From assembly GCA_038134595.1 (NCBI GenBank), contig JAYPVM010000006.1, positions 101,864-165,863 on the forward strand: 64,000 nt of DNA, given 5' to 3'. Shown piece by piece: positions 53,979-63,986 of this stretch (positions are counted from its first letter, which is position 1; each line of letters starts with the position of its first letter). This DNA comes from Pseudomonadota bacterium (GTDB lineage: Bacteria > Bdellovibrionota_C > UBA2361 > OMII01). The position numbers and the translations under genes were made by a program. The notes beneath the pieces are model-generated. The model searched no databases, had not been told where the DNA came from, and was given only the letters and a program-made list of their open reading frames with translations.

Positions 53979-54329
53979 TACCAGACCCCCTCCCGTACTT
54001 AAGTAACAATAGTTGAGCCCCGTACATAAAGCACATATTTGAAATTGGCCCTCTCGAGTGACCCAAATGCGAAGAACAGATGAGGACGATCGCCTTCATT
54101 CAGGATACTCACTCAATTAGGTACATTATGAACTCATAAGGCCTCCCTGACTTTCAAGCTCTGCCTCCTATTCCTACGTTCATCGGCACCTCTCACGCTA
54201 TCGATGAAATCCCCTCGTACAACTCTTTTGAGCCAGATTCTAACGTCTTTTAAAATCCGCTTCCTTGATAACGGAAAGGCTGGAGTGTATCTAAAATCCT
54301 ATCTTTTTCGTCTTAGTGGCGCAGCTTTA

Positions 54330-55034
54330 CTAATTTTCCCTGCGTTTCATTAATTCACTGAGGATCTCGATCTGTATCTGCTGGAGCTCCGCGAGTCGTT
54401 CCCATTGATGCTTAAGAAGGTGGTCTACTTTCTCGTGAAGATGACGAATCTCAAGCTCCGCTTTTAAATTTATCCGGTAATCAGACTCGGCGCGCTGCCT
54501 GTCCTTCTCTCCCTGACGATTCTGACTCATCATGATGATTGGAGCCTGAATAGCAGCAACGCACGAAAGAATCAGATTGAGAAGAATAAATGGATATGGG
54601 TCAAAAGACTCAGACAGCGCGAGGACCGAATTAAAAGCGATCCAAATTACCAACACCATCCCAAAAAGAATGAGAAATCTCCAACTTCCACCAAAGGTCG
54701 CTAATCTGTCTGACAAACGCTCTCCAATCGTGCGTCTATCATCTTCTGGAGTTTGCGGATGTTCACTCAAAATCTCATGATCGGACAATGCAGAGAGCAC
54801 ATCCTTTTCTAGGGTCGTTAACTCTCCTTTTTCATCTCGTAGCCACCTCTCAACGTGTTGCGCACGAGCTCGCTGGATATCACTATGGCACACGTAGTCC
54901 TCATCAGCGAGCTCGGGTTTCATCGCTCGCAACTCCTGCGCGACGTTTAGACGAACCATTCCGAGTGGGACAAGCGAGTCGCTTGTCCTCTCCACTCCGC
55001 AGATAACACACCGTTTTTTCTCTTTCTTCATCAT
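54330..55034 (-). CDS. DUF1003 membrane protein
   Basis: FGGSWRF, FDPYPFILLNLILSCVAAIQAPIIMMSQNRQ and NLKAELEIRHLHEKVD. Confidence 0.92.
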   Translation of the reverse strand: MMKKEKKRCVICGVERTSDSLVPLGMVRLNVAQELRAMKPELADEDYVCHSDIQRARAQHVERWLRDEKGELTTLEKDVLSALSDHEILSEHPQTPEDDRRTIGERLSDRLATFGGSWRFLILFGMVLVIWIAFNSVLALSESFDPYPFILLNLILSCVAAIQAPIIMMSQNRQGEKDRQRAESDYRINLKAELEIRHLHEKVDHLLKHQWERLAELQQIQIEILSELMKRREN

Positions 55035-55039
55035 CTACC

Positions 55040-55735
55040 TCAAAACGAATAATTAGCGCTCACTAATAATGCGTTAATCATCCGCGAATCATTTCCAAAC
55101 TGGCGCGCATACTCGCCCAAATACCCGAGCTCATATCGCCCCGAGCCCAACTTAAGATACGGCCCGAAGAAAAATCTATCTCTATCAAATCCGCCCACTG
55201 GGCCCTTATGAGTTCCATTTGCGGTGACGAATATTTCATTGTATCCAGTAAGCCCCACATCACCATCACACGAAAGACCGTAGCTACCTCGCAAAAGATA
55301 TCGAGTGCGATTTGAGGTCGCGGAGGCATCCTCGATTATACGTTGCTCCTGGCGTAGACGGTGCTGCCACTGCATTCCCCACAAATCATGCTTGTACAAC
55401 GCTTGCTGCCAAATGCGATTCTCATTTCTAAAATCTTCATCGTATGACGCGTTTATGAACGTCGGCGTCCATCCGTATCCGAGGTAAAGCGACAGTCGAT
55501 CGTTGACGTTGTATCCGACGGCGGATCGAAGCAGTAAGCGCTCCAATCGAGAGATATCATCTCCAATACGCGGCTGGGCTTCACCATACAGAAACCAGAT
55601 TTTTTGCGGATCGAGATTAACCGTAGCTGTCACAAGGTTCCAACTTTGGAAATCCGTCTTTTGCGCATAACAATCGGATGAAAAGTTGTGAGCTAACACC
55701 ATCACGGCACACATACAAACTAAGAATATTCTCAT
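55040..55735 (-). CDS. DUF2490-type outer-membrane beta-barrel protein
   Basis: Signal peptide; LLRSAVGY, ENRIWQQ, HRLRQEQR, NEIF and GFDRDRFFFG; C-terminal YSF. Confidence 0.85.
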   Translation of the reverse strand: MRIFLVCMCAVMVLAHNFSSDCYAQKTDFQSWNLVTATVNLDPQKIWFLYGEAQPRIGDDISRLERLLLRSAVGYNVNDRLSLYLGYGWTPTFINASYDEDFRNENRIWQQALYKHDLWGMQWQHRLRQEQRIIEDASATSNRTRYLLRGSYGLSCDGDVGLTGYNEIFVTANGTHKGPVGGFDRDRFFFGPYLKLGSGRYELGYLGEYARQFGNDSRMINALLVSANYSF

Positions 55736-56048
55736 CGCGCCCCCCGATAATCGTTGTACCGAAGACCATATACGCCTAAGGTCATCAGAGCACAAGTCTT
55801 TCCATCTCGCCTGCTCTCGCTCAGTGTTTGACCGTCTACAATCGAATGGCGGATGTTTTTATAGTGAGACTTCATTAATTTAGGCTAGGCGGGATCTCGG
55901 GTGCTTGACTAAGAGGTTCAAGCAGGATTATCCTTGGAAGCACATCGACCGGTGCCGAGCCATAGCCTGCCGCTATACGACGACTAGACTCGACTTTAAG
56001 GCCTGATAAGTAATTATTAGCTCTATATTGTTTTGAACTAGGAGTAGT

Positions 56049-57716
56049 ATGAAAGCTTCCAAAGCGGGACGGCGCACATCTGCGCATTCATGTGGTGCAT
56101 ATCAAAAACCTTTAGACGGAATCGCTGGTCTTCAGCAGAATTGGCGGAACGACTTAGTTGCCGGCCTCCTCGTGTCTCTCATCGCGCTACCGCTCTGCTT
56201 AGCCATCGCGATGGCGAGTGGATTTCCGCCATTCGGTGGCATTATTACGGCCATCGTCGGCGGAATTGTCGTAGGGCCCCTATGCGGATCACAACTGACG
56301 ATTAAGGGCCCAGCCGCGGGACTTATAGCGATAGCCGTCGCAGCGGTCGAAGCTCTTGGCCAAGGAGATGTCTCAGCGGGATATCGGTACACACTCGCCG
56401 TTATTGTCATCGCCAGTGTTATCCAAATTATCTTCGCTCTCTTAAAGTTTGGCCGGTTCGCGGATTTCTTTCCCGCGTCTGTCGTTCACGGTATGTTGGC
56501 GGCGATCGGAGTTATTATAATCTCTAAGCAAATCCACCCACTACTCGGAGTCAAGCCGATTGCAAAAGAGCCTTTTTCACTGCTTTTAGAGATACCGCAC
56601 TCTCTGGTGGTGATGAATCCAGAGATTGCGCTTGTAGGGTTCACAAGCGTGCTCTTAGTAATCTTCGCGACATCGATATTTGGTCGCCTCGCTAGATATC
56701 TTCCCGGCCCTCTCGCGGCAGTGCTCGCTGGAATCGGTTTCTGTCTTTATTTTGATTTCAATCACCTCCATGCCTACAAGTGGTATTCGCTGGACTACTC
56801 AGTGGACTCTGGATATCTGGTGGATTTGCCCATATCATTCATAAGTGGCATTACCCTGCCCGACTTCTCGAAGATAGCCACACTGACGTCCGTTGAGTAC
56901 ATCGTGTTGTTCCTTCTTATCGGATCACTAGAATCACTTCTAACGTGTAAGGCGGTAGATGCCTTAGACCCCTGGAAGAGAAAAGCGAACATGAACAAAG
57001 ATCTGCTCGCTCTTGGTTTCGGCAACGCGGTGTGCGGACTTCTCGGAGGCCTTCCGATGATCGCTGAGGTCGTTCGTTCAAGCGCTAACATTAGTTATGG
57101 CGCTCGTACCCGATGGGCAAACACTTTTCATGGTATGTTCCTTTTAATTTTCGTGTTGGCTTTGTCGCCGACTATCAGATTGATACCAAGCGCAGCTCTC
57201 GCCGGCGTCCTTTGCGTAGTCGGTTATCGTCTCGCGTCACCAAGACGATTTCGAGAGTACAAGAAAATCGGCCCCGAGCATCTGACCGTTTTCATAATCA
57301 CGATCATAGCCACCCTCCAGACGGACTTGTTGATGGGCGTGGTGATAGGAATGATCGCGGAGTACTTTCTGAGCGCCGCTCTTGGTGCGCCACTTAAATC
57401 GCTCTTTTTAACAGTGCCAAAGGGTGAGAAACGATCTGACGGCACTTATCACATTATTTTACCGACGGCATGCACATTCGGCAACGTAATTGGTTTCAAA
57501 CGAGAGCTGGCGAAAGCCGAACAAACGCCAATAGTGCTCGATTTCTCTCGCACAACCTTTGTTGATCACACCTTCATGCATGAGGTGCGTGAAGTAGAGA
57601 GGGAGTACGGCGCGAGACTGATCGAAATCGAGAAACTGGATCCGATCACCCGCCATCGCTCGTCGCTCCGTCGAGCAAGGAAGCGCAGGTTCGATCTCCT
57701 TGTGGTATGCAGCTAA
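56049..57716 (+). CDS. SulP/SLC26 anion (probably bicarbonate) transporter
   Basis: DLVAGLLVSLIALPLCLAIAMASG, GPAAGL, GSLESLL and GGLPMIAEVVRSSAN; short STAS-like tail. Confidence 0.92.
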   Translation: MKASKAGRRTSAHSCGAYQKPLDGIAGLQQNWRNDLVAGLLVSLIALPLCLAIAMASGFPPFGGIITAIVGGIVVGPLCGSQLTIKGPAAGLIAIAVAAVEALGQGDVSAGYRYTLAVIVIASVIQIIFALLKFGRFADFFPASVVHGMLAAIGVIIISKQIHPLLGVKPIAKEPFSLLLEIPHSLVVMNPEIALVGFTSVLLVIFATSIFGRLARYLPGPLAAVLAGIGFCLYFDFNHLHAYKWYSLDYSVDSGYLVDLPISFISGITLPDFSKIATLTSVEYIVLFLLIGSLESLLTCKAVDALDPWKRKANMNKDLLALGFGNAVCGLLGGLPMIAEVVRSSANISYGARTRWANTFHGMFLLIFVLALSPTIRLIPSAALAGVLCVVGYRLASPRRFREYKKIGPEHLTVFIITIIATLQTDLLMGVVIGMIAEYFLSAALGAPLKSLFLTVPKGEKRSDGTYHIILPTACTFGNVIGFKRELAKAEQTPIVLDFSRTTFVDHTFMHEVREVEREYGARLIEIEKLDPITRHRSSLRRARKRRFDLLVVCS

Positions 57717-57780
57717 ACACGCTCAAGATATCGCCTATCGATGAATTCTTGAACGGTCCTCACCTAAACGAGATTGCGCT

Positions 57781-60729
57781 ATGAACTACTCTTATGCCAA
57801 CAAACAAGACATCCATGCATTACTAGAGAGTGTCGCACATCTCTTACCGACTCAGGGTCCCATCGATGTCTTTATCCACCACAACACCCTTCATGCCTTT
57901 GAGCATCTTTCGTTCGAGGACGCGGTTAAGGAAGCGGCAAGAGTGTATGGCGCGGAAGCCTTTCTCCCAGAGCAACGCTACCTCGATGAGTTTCGAGCGG
58001 GTCGAATCACTGAACGAGACATCGATCAGGCGCTACGCCAACATCCGATAGATGGACCCTCGCTCGGCCAGGTCAGCTTTCATGAACTCGTCAAACGCTT
58101 TCTTGTCATTGCGCCTCCAGTGGAGCGATTTCAAGAAGTCAAATGGCTATTGCGTGAGTCAAAGGAAGCGGTCTCGTCACAACAGTTCGGCGTGGATGCC
58201 TTGATTACATGGCTCACGACTCATGGTTCTTGTGTTAATCGAAGAGACGCTCTCCATAAACTCAATTTTGAAGCGGCTGAGAGTCTTGAGGAGATTCTGG
58301 CTTCGATTCCCAGAACTACCGAGATAATCAAACATGAACGCACTATCCTGTGGGCCGCCGCTCTACTCTCCACCGCCGAGGCCTGGAAAGGACAAGAACG
58401 TCCAGCCTACGATCAAAACTGCGTCATCCTCGATGAAATGATAAACCCCTTGGTTATCAGATTTTGCGAGGAGTATCTCGACCTGGGTTTCTCGACCCAA
58501 CTAATGCCCGACCGGCATGAGGGGATGTTGGCTTGCTTCCTACGCATGGTGGATGTGGCTCATTTTGGTATTCCACGTTGGCTTGAGCCACTACGACGCT
58601 CGGTGTCTCGGTATCGGGTTTACTCAGACGACGTGGAGAAGCTGATCATAAGATTACTAGAGGATTTCGCGGTTTCCCCCGAAAATCGTTATGACTTTCT
58701 GTGTCGAGAGGCCCTTTCTCTCAAGGGTTGGGCGGGATATGTCGCCCTAACAGAACGTCGCCCAGATCTACTCCACGGACAAGAGGATGAAATCAAGCCA
58801 CGTTTTCGGGAGTACATAACCATCCGACTACTCTTGCGATTATATGCGGAGAAGTCTCGGGCCTACCATGCGAGGCGAGCGGAGACCTCTGCGAATCACG
58901 CCGATCTAGAGACGCTCGATCAGGTTTACTGTTCGGCCTTTCATATTCTATCGCTCTTCACGTCACTTAACATGGGAGAAGCGCTTCTTAATGAGACATC
59001 GTCGATCCTCCCGTTAATGCGGGCACTCATGAGTGTGACTGATGTCACCAGACGCACCCTGTGGCATCTTGCCTATGAGAACAATCTTTATGAGCGCGCG
59101 TTGAACAGTCTGTCGCGTCCGAGCCCGCGGGAGGGGCAACCAAATAACCCATCCGCGCAATTTATTTTCTGTATCGACGATCGAGAGGAGTCGATCCGCA
59201 GGCACCTGGAGGCACGGGACGCCCGATACCAAACATTCGGGACCGCGGGATTTTTCGGTGTTGACGCAAACTATACCATGATGAGTGGTGCCTCGGCGCC
59301 ATACTGCCCGGTAATTATACAGCCTAAGCACGCGATTCGAGAGATTCCACGCCTCGGGTATGAGAGGCATCTCTTAAAGTACCGCAAGAAACAGGCCCTG
59401 TGGTTTCGACTTTCGGGATACGTGAACCGAGGATCGGGTTCTGTGATCCATAATATGCTGCTCTCCATGGCGGGATGCTTCTCCCTCATCCCTATGGTCG
59501 TAGGAGTTATTGCCCCCCAGACTCTCCGTTTTATGGGATCGCTCTTTGGAAGCGAGCCTACCATTCCAGCGGACCTGCACGAGTTGCAGGTCGCCGCCGA
59601 CACAAAGGCTGACTCTGAACAACCAGGATACACACTAGAGGAGATGGCGACACGAGTCGCTACTGTGCTTCGCGGCATTGGATTGACGAAGACATTCGCT
59701 CCAATCATATTTCTCATCGGTCACGGCTCGTCCAGTCGCAACAATCCCCTACGCTCAGCGTATGATTGCGGTGCGTGTGGCGGACGCCCCGGTCGCATCA
59801 ACGCCCGAGCGTTTTGCCTCATGGCAAACGACCTGAGGGTTCGAACGTTAATTCGCGAACGGTATGACATCAGGATCCCTGATAGCACCTTCTTCTTGGG
59901 CGCTTTCCACAACACATGCAGCGATCAGATAGAGTATTTCGATGTGATCCGATGCCCGGAATCGCACAGGGCGGCCCTACGAATAGTCCAGACGAACCTC
60001 GCTTTAGCCGCGCGACAAAATGCGTTCGAGCGCTGTCGCCGATTTGTCCAGGCTGAAATCGTGAACGTGGGCCAGGCGGCTGAGGAGGCGCTCGCGCGAT
60101 CATATATGCTCGCGGAGGCTCGTCCGGAATATGGACACGCGACGAACGCCCTATGTGTGATCGGTCCCCGCTCTTTTTCGCAGGGGCTCTTCTTTGATAG
60201 GCGCGCGTTCCTTGTATCTTACGACTATTCTATAGACCACGATTCATCTATCTTACTGGGCATTCTAGGAGCCGTAGTTCCAGTCTGTGGAGGAATTAAT
60301 CTCGAGTACTTCTTTTCCGCCATGGATAACGAGGTATACGGAGCTGGAACTAAGTTGCCTCATAATATCGTGTCGCTTGTGGGCATTATGAACGGAACGT
60401 CGAGCGACCTCCGCACCGGACTCCCCACGCAAATGGTCGAGATTCATGAACCAGTACGACTACTCTTGATCATCGTCGCGTCGCGCGAGCAGCTCGAGCA
60501 AGTCATCGCCTCAGACGCGGCTATTAATCGCAGCTTCTCCGGTGGCTGGATACAAGTCGCGCTACGAGACCCGAGTACCGGAGAGTTGTGGCGTCGCTCC
60601 ACCACGGGGGAATACACGCACTACCACGCCTCACGGGATGACGTACCAACTATCAGTAACTATGAATCGTGGTTTGTGGGACGCGCGGGACATCTACCGT
60701 TCGCGGACATAGTGGAGGAACAATGCTGA
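57781..60729 (+). CDS. dabA: Inorganic carbon transporter subunit DabA (DUF2309/UPF0753)
   Basis: LPTQGPIDVFIHHNTLHAF, putative Zn ligands in FCIDDREES, GHGS and YDCGACGG; EARPEYGHA, INLEYFFS and MVEIHEPVRL. Confidence 0.95.
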   Translation: MNYSYANKQDIHALLESVAHLLPTQGPIDVFIHHNTLHAFEHLSFEDAVKEAARVYGAEAFLPEQRYLDEFRAGRITERDIDQALRQHPIDGPSLGQVSFHELVKRFLVIAPPVERFQEVKWLLRESKEAVSSQQFGVDALITWLTTHGSCVNRRDALHKLNFEAAESLEEILASIPRTTEIIKHERTILWAAALLSTAEAWKGQERPAYDQNCVILDEMINPLVIRFCEEYLDLGFSTQLMPDRHEGMLACFLRMVDVAHFGIPRWLEPLRRSVSRYRVYSDDVEKLIIRLLEDFAVSPENRYDFLCREALSLKGWAGYVALTERRPDLLHGQEDEIKPRFREYITIRLLLRLYAEKSRAYHARRAETSANHADLETLDQVYCSAFHILSLFTSLNMGEALLNETSSILPLMRALMSVTDVTRRTLWHLAYENNLYERALNSLSRPSPREGQPNNPSAQFIFCIDDREESIRRHLEARDARYQTFGTAGFFGVDANYTMMSGASAPYCPVIIQPKHAIREIPRLGYERHLLKYRKKQALWFRLSGYVNRGSGSVIHNMLLSMAGCFSLIPMVVGVIAPQTLRFMGSLFGSEPTIPADLHELQVAADTKADSEQPGYTLEEMATRVATVLRGIGLTKTFAPIIFLIGHGSSSRNNPLRSAYDCGACGGRPGRINARAFCLMANDLRVRTLIRERYDIRIPDSTFFLGAFHNTCSDQIEYFDVIRCPESHRAALRIVQTNLALAARQNAFERCRRFVQAEIVNVGQAAEEALARSYMLAEARPEYGHATNALCVIGPRSFSQGLFFDRRAFLVSYDYSIDHDSSILLGILGAVVPVCGGINLEYFFSAMDNEVYGAGTKLPHNIVSLVGIMNGTSSDLRTGLPTQMVEIHEPVRLLLIIVASREQLEQVIASDAAINRSFSGGWIQVALRDPSTGELWRRSTTGEYTHYHASRDDVPTISNYESWFVGRAGHLPFADIVEEQC

Positions 60730-62111
60730 CACTCAATACCCTTATGCCGATTATCGGAAGGTTGATTATCGGTGCGCCAGCCATCGCGCTCGCCCTTATC
60801 GTCATAGATCGCCTACTGCGCCATGAAGCACGCGAGTCCTTCATTCGCCGCTGTTTAATGACATCGCAAGCAATCTCGATAGCAGCTGGTATCGTCTGCT
60901 GCTCCTGGGTCTTATTCTCAGCAAAATCACTCGAGGTTGGATCGCTAAGACTTATAAGTCTCTCCACAAAGGACTTATCATTCGATCTGCGTATTGATTC
61001 ACTGTCCGTGGCGTTCGTTTTGATCAGCTGCTTGCTAGGCGGGATCGTTGGGCTATTCGCGTCCCGATACCTACATCGAGACCAAGGATATTTTCGCTTT
61101 TTTGTGCTCTATCACATCTTTCTTGTTGGTATTCACGCTATATTTTTAGGAGCAGGGCTTCCAACTATCTACATCGGCTGGGAGCTTATCGGTATCACTT
61201 CAGCCCTTCTCATTTCGTTCTTCTCATTTCGCAAGCAGACTGTAGCGAACTCCCTACGCGCGTTTTGGGCGTACCGGGTGACGGATACGGGCATACTTGT
61301 GGCAACACTTCTCGCTATGCATCACGGGATCGAGGCGTTTACGAGCTCAGCTCTAAAAGAGAATCTCTCACATACGGCGATAGTCGTCGCGTGCCTGATC
61401 TCAGCAATTGGGAAATCCGCCCAATTCCCCTTCGGAAGATGGTTACCAAAGGCCATGGAAGGGCCGACTCCGTCGAGCGCAATCTTCTATGGCGGTCTCT
61501 CAGTGCACGCGGGAATGTATCTCATGCTCAGGGTATCAAGTGTATATGGGCTTCCACGTGGAGTAGCCGTTTGCATGGTATTAATAGGCTTATTCTCGGT
61601 CTGGTACGCCACCATCGTGGGCCGCATTCAGAGCGACGCTAAGAGTATGCTTGCCTACGCCTCGATGGCGCAGGTTGGGCTCATGTTCATCGAAGTCGCC
61701 CTTGGTTTTCGTTCCCTGGCGATATTTCACTTTATCAGCCACGCGATGTTACGCACGTACCAGCTTCTCAATGCCGCGTCAGTAATGCACGATCGCTACG
61801 CGTTTGAACATGTCTTAGGGCGGGATCGAGTCTCCTTTCATCCTGTGGACGGTAGGCGAGCCTTTTCACAATACGCCTACGCTTTTTGGGAAAGTATCGA
61901 CGGAGCTTTCGGAAGGCTAAGCCTTCTGTCATGGGCCGAGGCAATCGCGCGCTCTGTCCGAATGTTTGAGGATTGGTTTGGCGCGACGATTCTCTCACTT
62001 GTGAGACATGGAATGTTCTACACAAGACATCCACGTAAATGGGCCTCCTTAATCATACTTCGACTTACTAAAATCATGCTTCGACTTACTAACAAAGAAG
62101 GATCGATATGA
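60723..62111 (+). CDS. dabB: Inorganic carbon transporter membrane subunit DabB (NuoL/MrpA-like)
   Basis: GWELIGITSALLI, GKSAQFPF..WLPKAMEGPTPSSA and LAYASMAQVG; GGAGG RBS; overlaps the dabA stop. Confidence 0.9.
   Translation: MLTLNTLMPIIGRLIIGAPAIALALIVIDRLLRHEARESFIRRCLMTSQAISIAAGIVCCSWVLFSAKSLEVGSLRLISLSTKDLSFDLRIDSLSVAFVLISCLLGGIVGLFASRYLHRDQGYFRFFVLYHIFLVGIHAIFLGAGLPTIYIGWELIGITSALLISFFSFRKQTVANSLRAFWAYRVTDTGILVATLLAMHHGIEAFTSSALKENLSHTAIVVACLISAIGKSAQFPFGRWLPKAMEGPTPSSAIFYGGLSVHAGMYLMLRVSSVYGLPRGVAVCMVLIGLFSVWYATIVGRIQSDAKSMLAYASMAQVGLMFIEVALGFRSLAIFHFISHAMLRTYQLLNAASVMHDRYAFEHVLGRDRVSFHPVDGRRAFSQYAYAFWESIDGAFGRLSLLSWAEAIARSVRMFEDWFGATILSLVRHGMFYTRHPRKWASLIILRLTKIMLRLTNKEGSI
62051..62092 (+). 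repeat. 21-bp tandem duplication at the dabB 3' end
   Basis: AATCATACTTCGACTTACTAA followed by AATCATGCTTCGACTTACTAA (one mismatch). Confidence 0.85.
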
Positions 62112-63478
62112 TCTCCTACGCTCTTCTACTCTCAATCTTAGCTTTTATAGTGGCGACTATCGTCCTATGCCTAACCGAGGCCTCGCAACCACGGGTGCGC
62201 TTCGCGCTTGGCTTTATGGCTCCATTGTCTCTTCTTGGCGTCTTCACTTCCTTGGCGCTGTCCGGAGCCCCAAACAGCGTGAAGGTTATCGTTCCAGGCA
62301 CGCTAGAGCTGAATCAAATCTCTTGTTACGGAGGTATCCTATTTAATTTCGTTTACTGCGTCACCTTTCTAGCCTTTGGTCAGCGAGTATTCGCGACCAT
62401 GAGCGCCGGGTATTGGCTGATACTCCAATTTCTTATTTCTCTTGGACTGCTGTGCGAGAACATGGAGATCTTCTCCCTGCTTTTGATATTAGCACTCATA
62501 ACTCATCTGAAAGTTAGCCAGCGCGACGTGTATCAGGTCAGCCGCAAACAGGACGGATACATCGTCGTGGTGTTCTGCTCGATCATCGCGGCATGCGTGA
62601 GTCTCTTCTTCTTTCTTATGCTTAGGATTAACTTTGAGCTCTCAACATTTTCCGAGCTCACCCTCCTCGCAAAACAATTACCGCAATACATGAAGATCTG
62701 CGGTAGTATGCTCATGATGTTGATGCTGGGAGCATTTCCTCTGCACTTTTGGGTTAAGCCACTCTTTGCGGCCCCAGGTAGGTACGGTTTAGCGGTGATA
62801 ACGAGGCTCAATATCGGATTCGTCGTGTGGTGCAAGCTATACCACCTTGTGTTTTCAGGAGACCCACTGCTTGACTACCTCCTTACGTTTGGCTGCGGCG
62901 CTAACCTGCTGTATGCCGCGTTTCTTCTCTTTGGCGAGCGGCGTCTGAGCCAAATCGTATCAGCCTTATACCTATTTCATGTACCGTTACTGATTCTAGC
63001 TGGGCAGCTGGCGGGCAAAAGTGGTATCGCCGATTTCGCTCTCGACTTCGCTAACATCACGGTAGCCATTAGCGGACTGCTTATAATCATAGGAATGCTA
63101 CGTGACCGTTTAGGCGCGGAGAACATAGACCGCGCCACTGGGCTTGGCATCTCCTACCCATTTTTAGGCATCTCTTTCCTCATCTGCGTGCTATCTTTGG
63201 TTGGTTTTCCTGGCACCCTAGGATTTATTAGCAGCGAGGTGATGTTGCATCACTTCGCCGAATCCACGTGGTTTGTGGCGGCGTCATTCATCATAACGCT
63301 TGCCCTGAATGGCTACTCGTCATTTAGAATTTTCGGAGAATCATTTTATGGAGACCCCGCGCAATCATTCCGAAAGATTCTACAGCCGCTCGCTCGCGAG
63401 AAGTTGGCGATAGCCATGATTCTTCTCTTCTTGTTTCTAAGCGGGATCGACCCCCAAATTATCGCTGCGCAAAACTAA
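62108..63478 (+). CDS. NuoM/MrpD-like proton-conducting-transporter-family membrane subunit
   Basis: GAFPLHFW, GLGISYP and SLVGFPGTLGFISSE; ATGA overlap with dabB. Confidence 0.82.
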   Translation: MISYALLLSILAFIVATIVLCLTEASQPRVRFALGFMAPLSLLGVFTSLALSGAPNSVKVIVPGTLELNQISCYGGILFNFVYCVTFLAFGQRVFATMSAGYWLILQFLISLGLLCENMEIFSLLLILALITHLKVSQRDVYQVSRKQDGYIVVVFCSIIAACVSLFFFLMLRINFELSTFSELTLLAKQLPQYMKICGSMLMMLMLGAFPLHFWVKPLFAAPGRYGLAVITRLNIGFVVWCKLYHLVFSGDPLLDYLLTFGCGANLLYAAFLLFGERRLSQIVSALYLFHVPLLILAGQLAGKSGIADFALDFANITVAISGLLIIIGMLRDRLGAENIDRATGLGISYPFLGISFLICVLSLVGFPGTLGFISSEVMLHHFAESTWFVAASFIITLALNGYSSFRIFGESFYGDPAQSFRKILQPLAREKLAIAMILLFLFLSGIDPQIIAAQN

Positions 63479-63599
63479 TTACCAATTCGCTCTGAGAGCT
63501 TAGTGTAATACTCCTTAATAACCGCGTCCTTCCTTAGCGGCTTCAACCCGTTTGTTAACTGGCTCTTTCATCCACAAGAGCCACGCCTTCTGATTCTTA

Positions 63600-63986
63600 T
63601 CACAAAGTACCAGCAATGTACGAAGCATGCCAATTATTCCAAGTAAAAATACATGCCCATCGCAGCGCTCCAAGAAAGAGAGGAAGGGCTACAAAAAACG
63701 ATTTCATAAATCCCCTCTGACATTTGGAACGGCGCCGGTGTAAGATCATACCTATCAACAGAGAAACGCTCATCAAAATCAGGCAATTTGGGCCCATAAG
63801 AAACAATATATGCCACGTAAATGCTCTTGGAATTCGATCTTCGCAAATGCTCTCGCATGGCGCCACTAAAGAAGCAGTACTGAGGAATAAAGGAACATAC
63901 GACGTTACTAAAATCAACTGCCATAAAAGCAGCCATCTCGGCCGATTCGAGCGAGATTCGAGGGTTTCATCTTTCAACGATTTCAC
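63600..63986 (-). CDS. Hypothetical membrane protein, possibly 5'-truncated
   Basis: Three hydrophobic segments; the frame stays open to the window end. Confidence 0.4.
   Translation of the reverse strand: MKSLKDETLESRSNRPRWLLLWQLILVTSYVPLFLSTASLVAPCESICEDRIPRAFTWHILFLMGPNCLILMSVSLLIGMILHRRRSKCQRGFMKSFFVALPLFLGALRWACIFTWNNWHASYIAGTL

Noticed and set aside
59860..63478. Calling the NuoL/NuoM-like genes respiratory complex I or an Mrp antiporter
   Set aside because: No other nuo or mrp subunits are present, and they are coupled to DUF2309/DabA.
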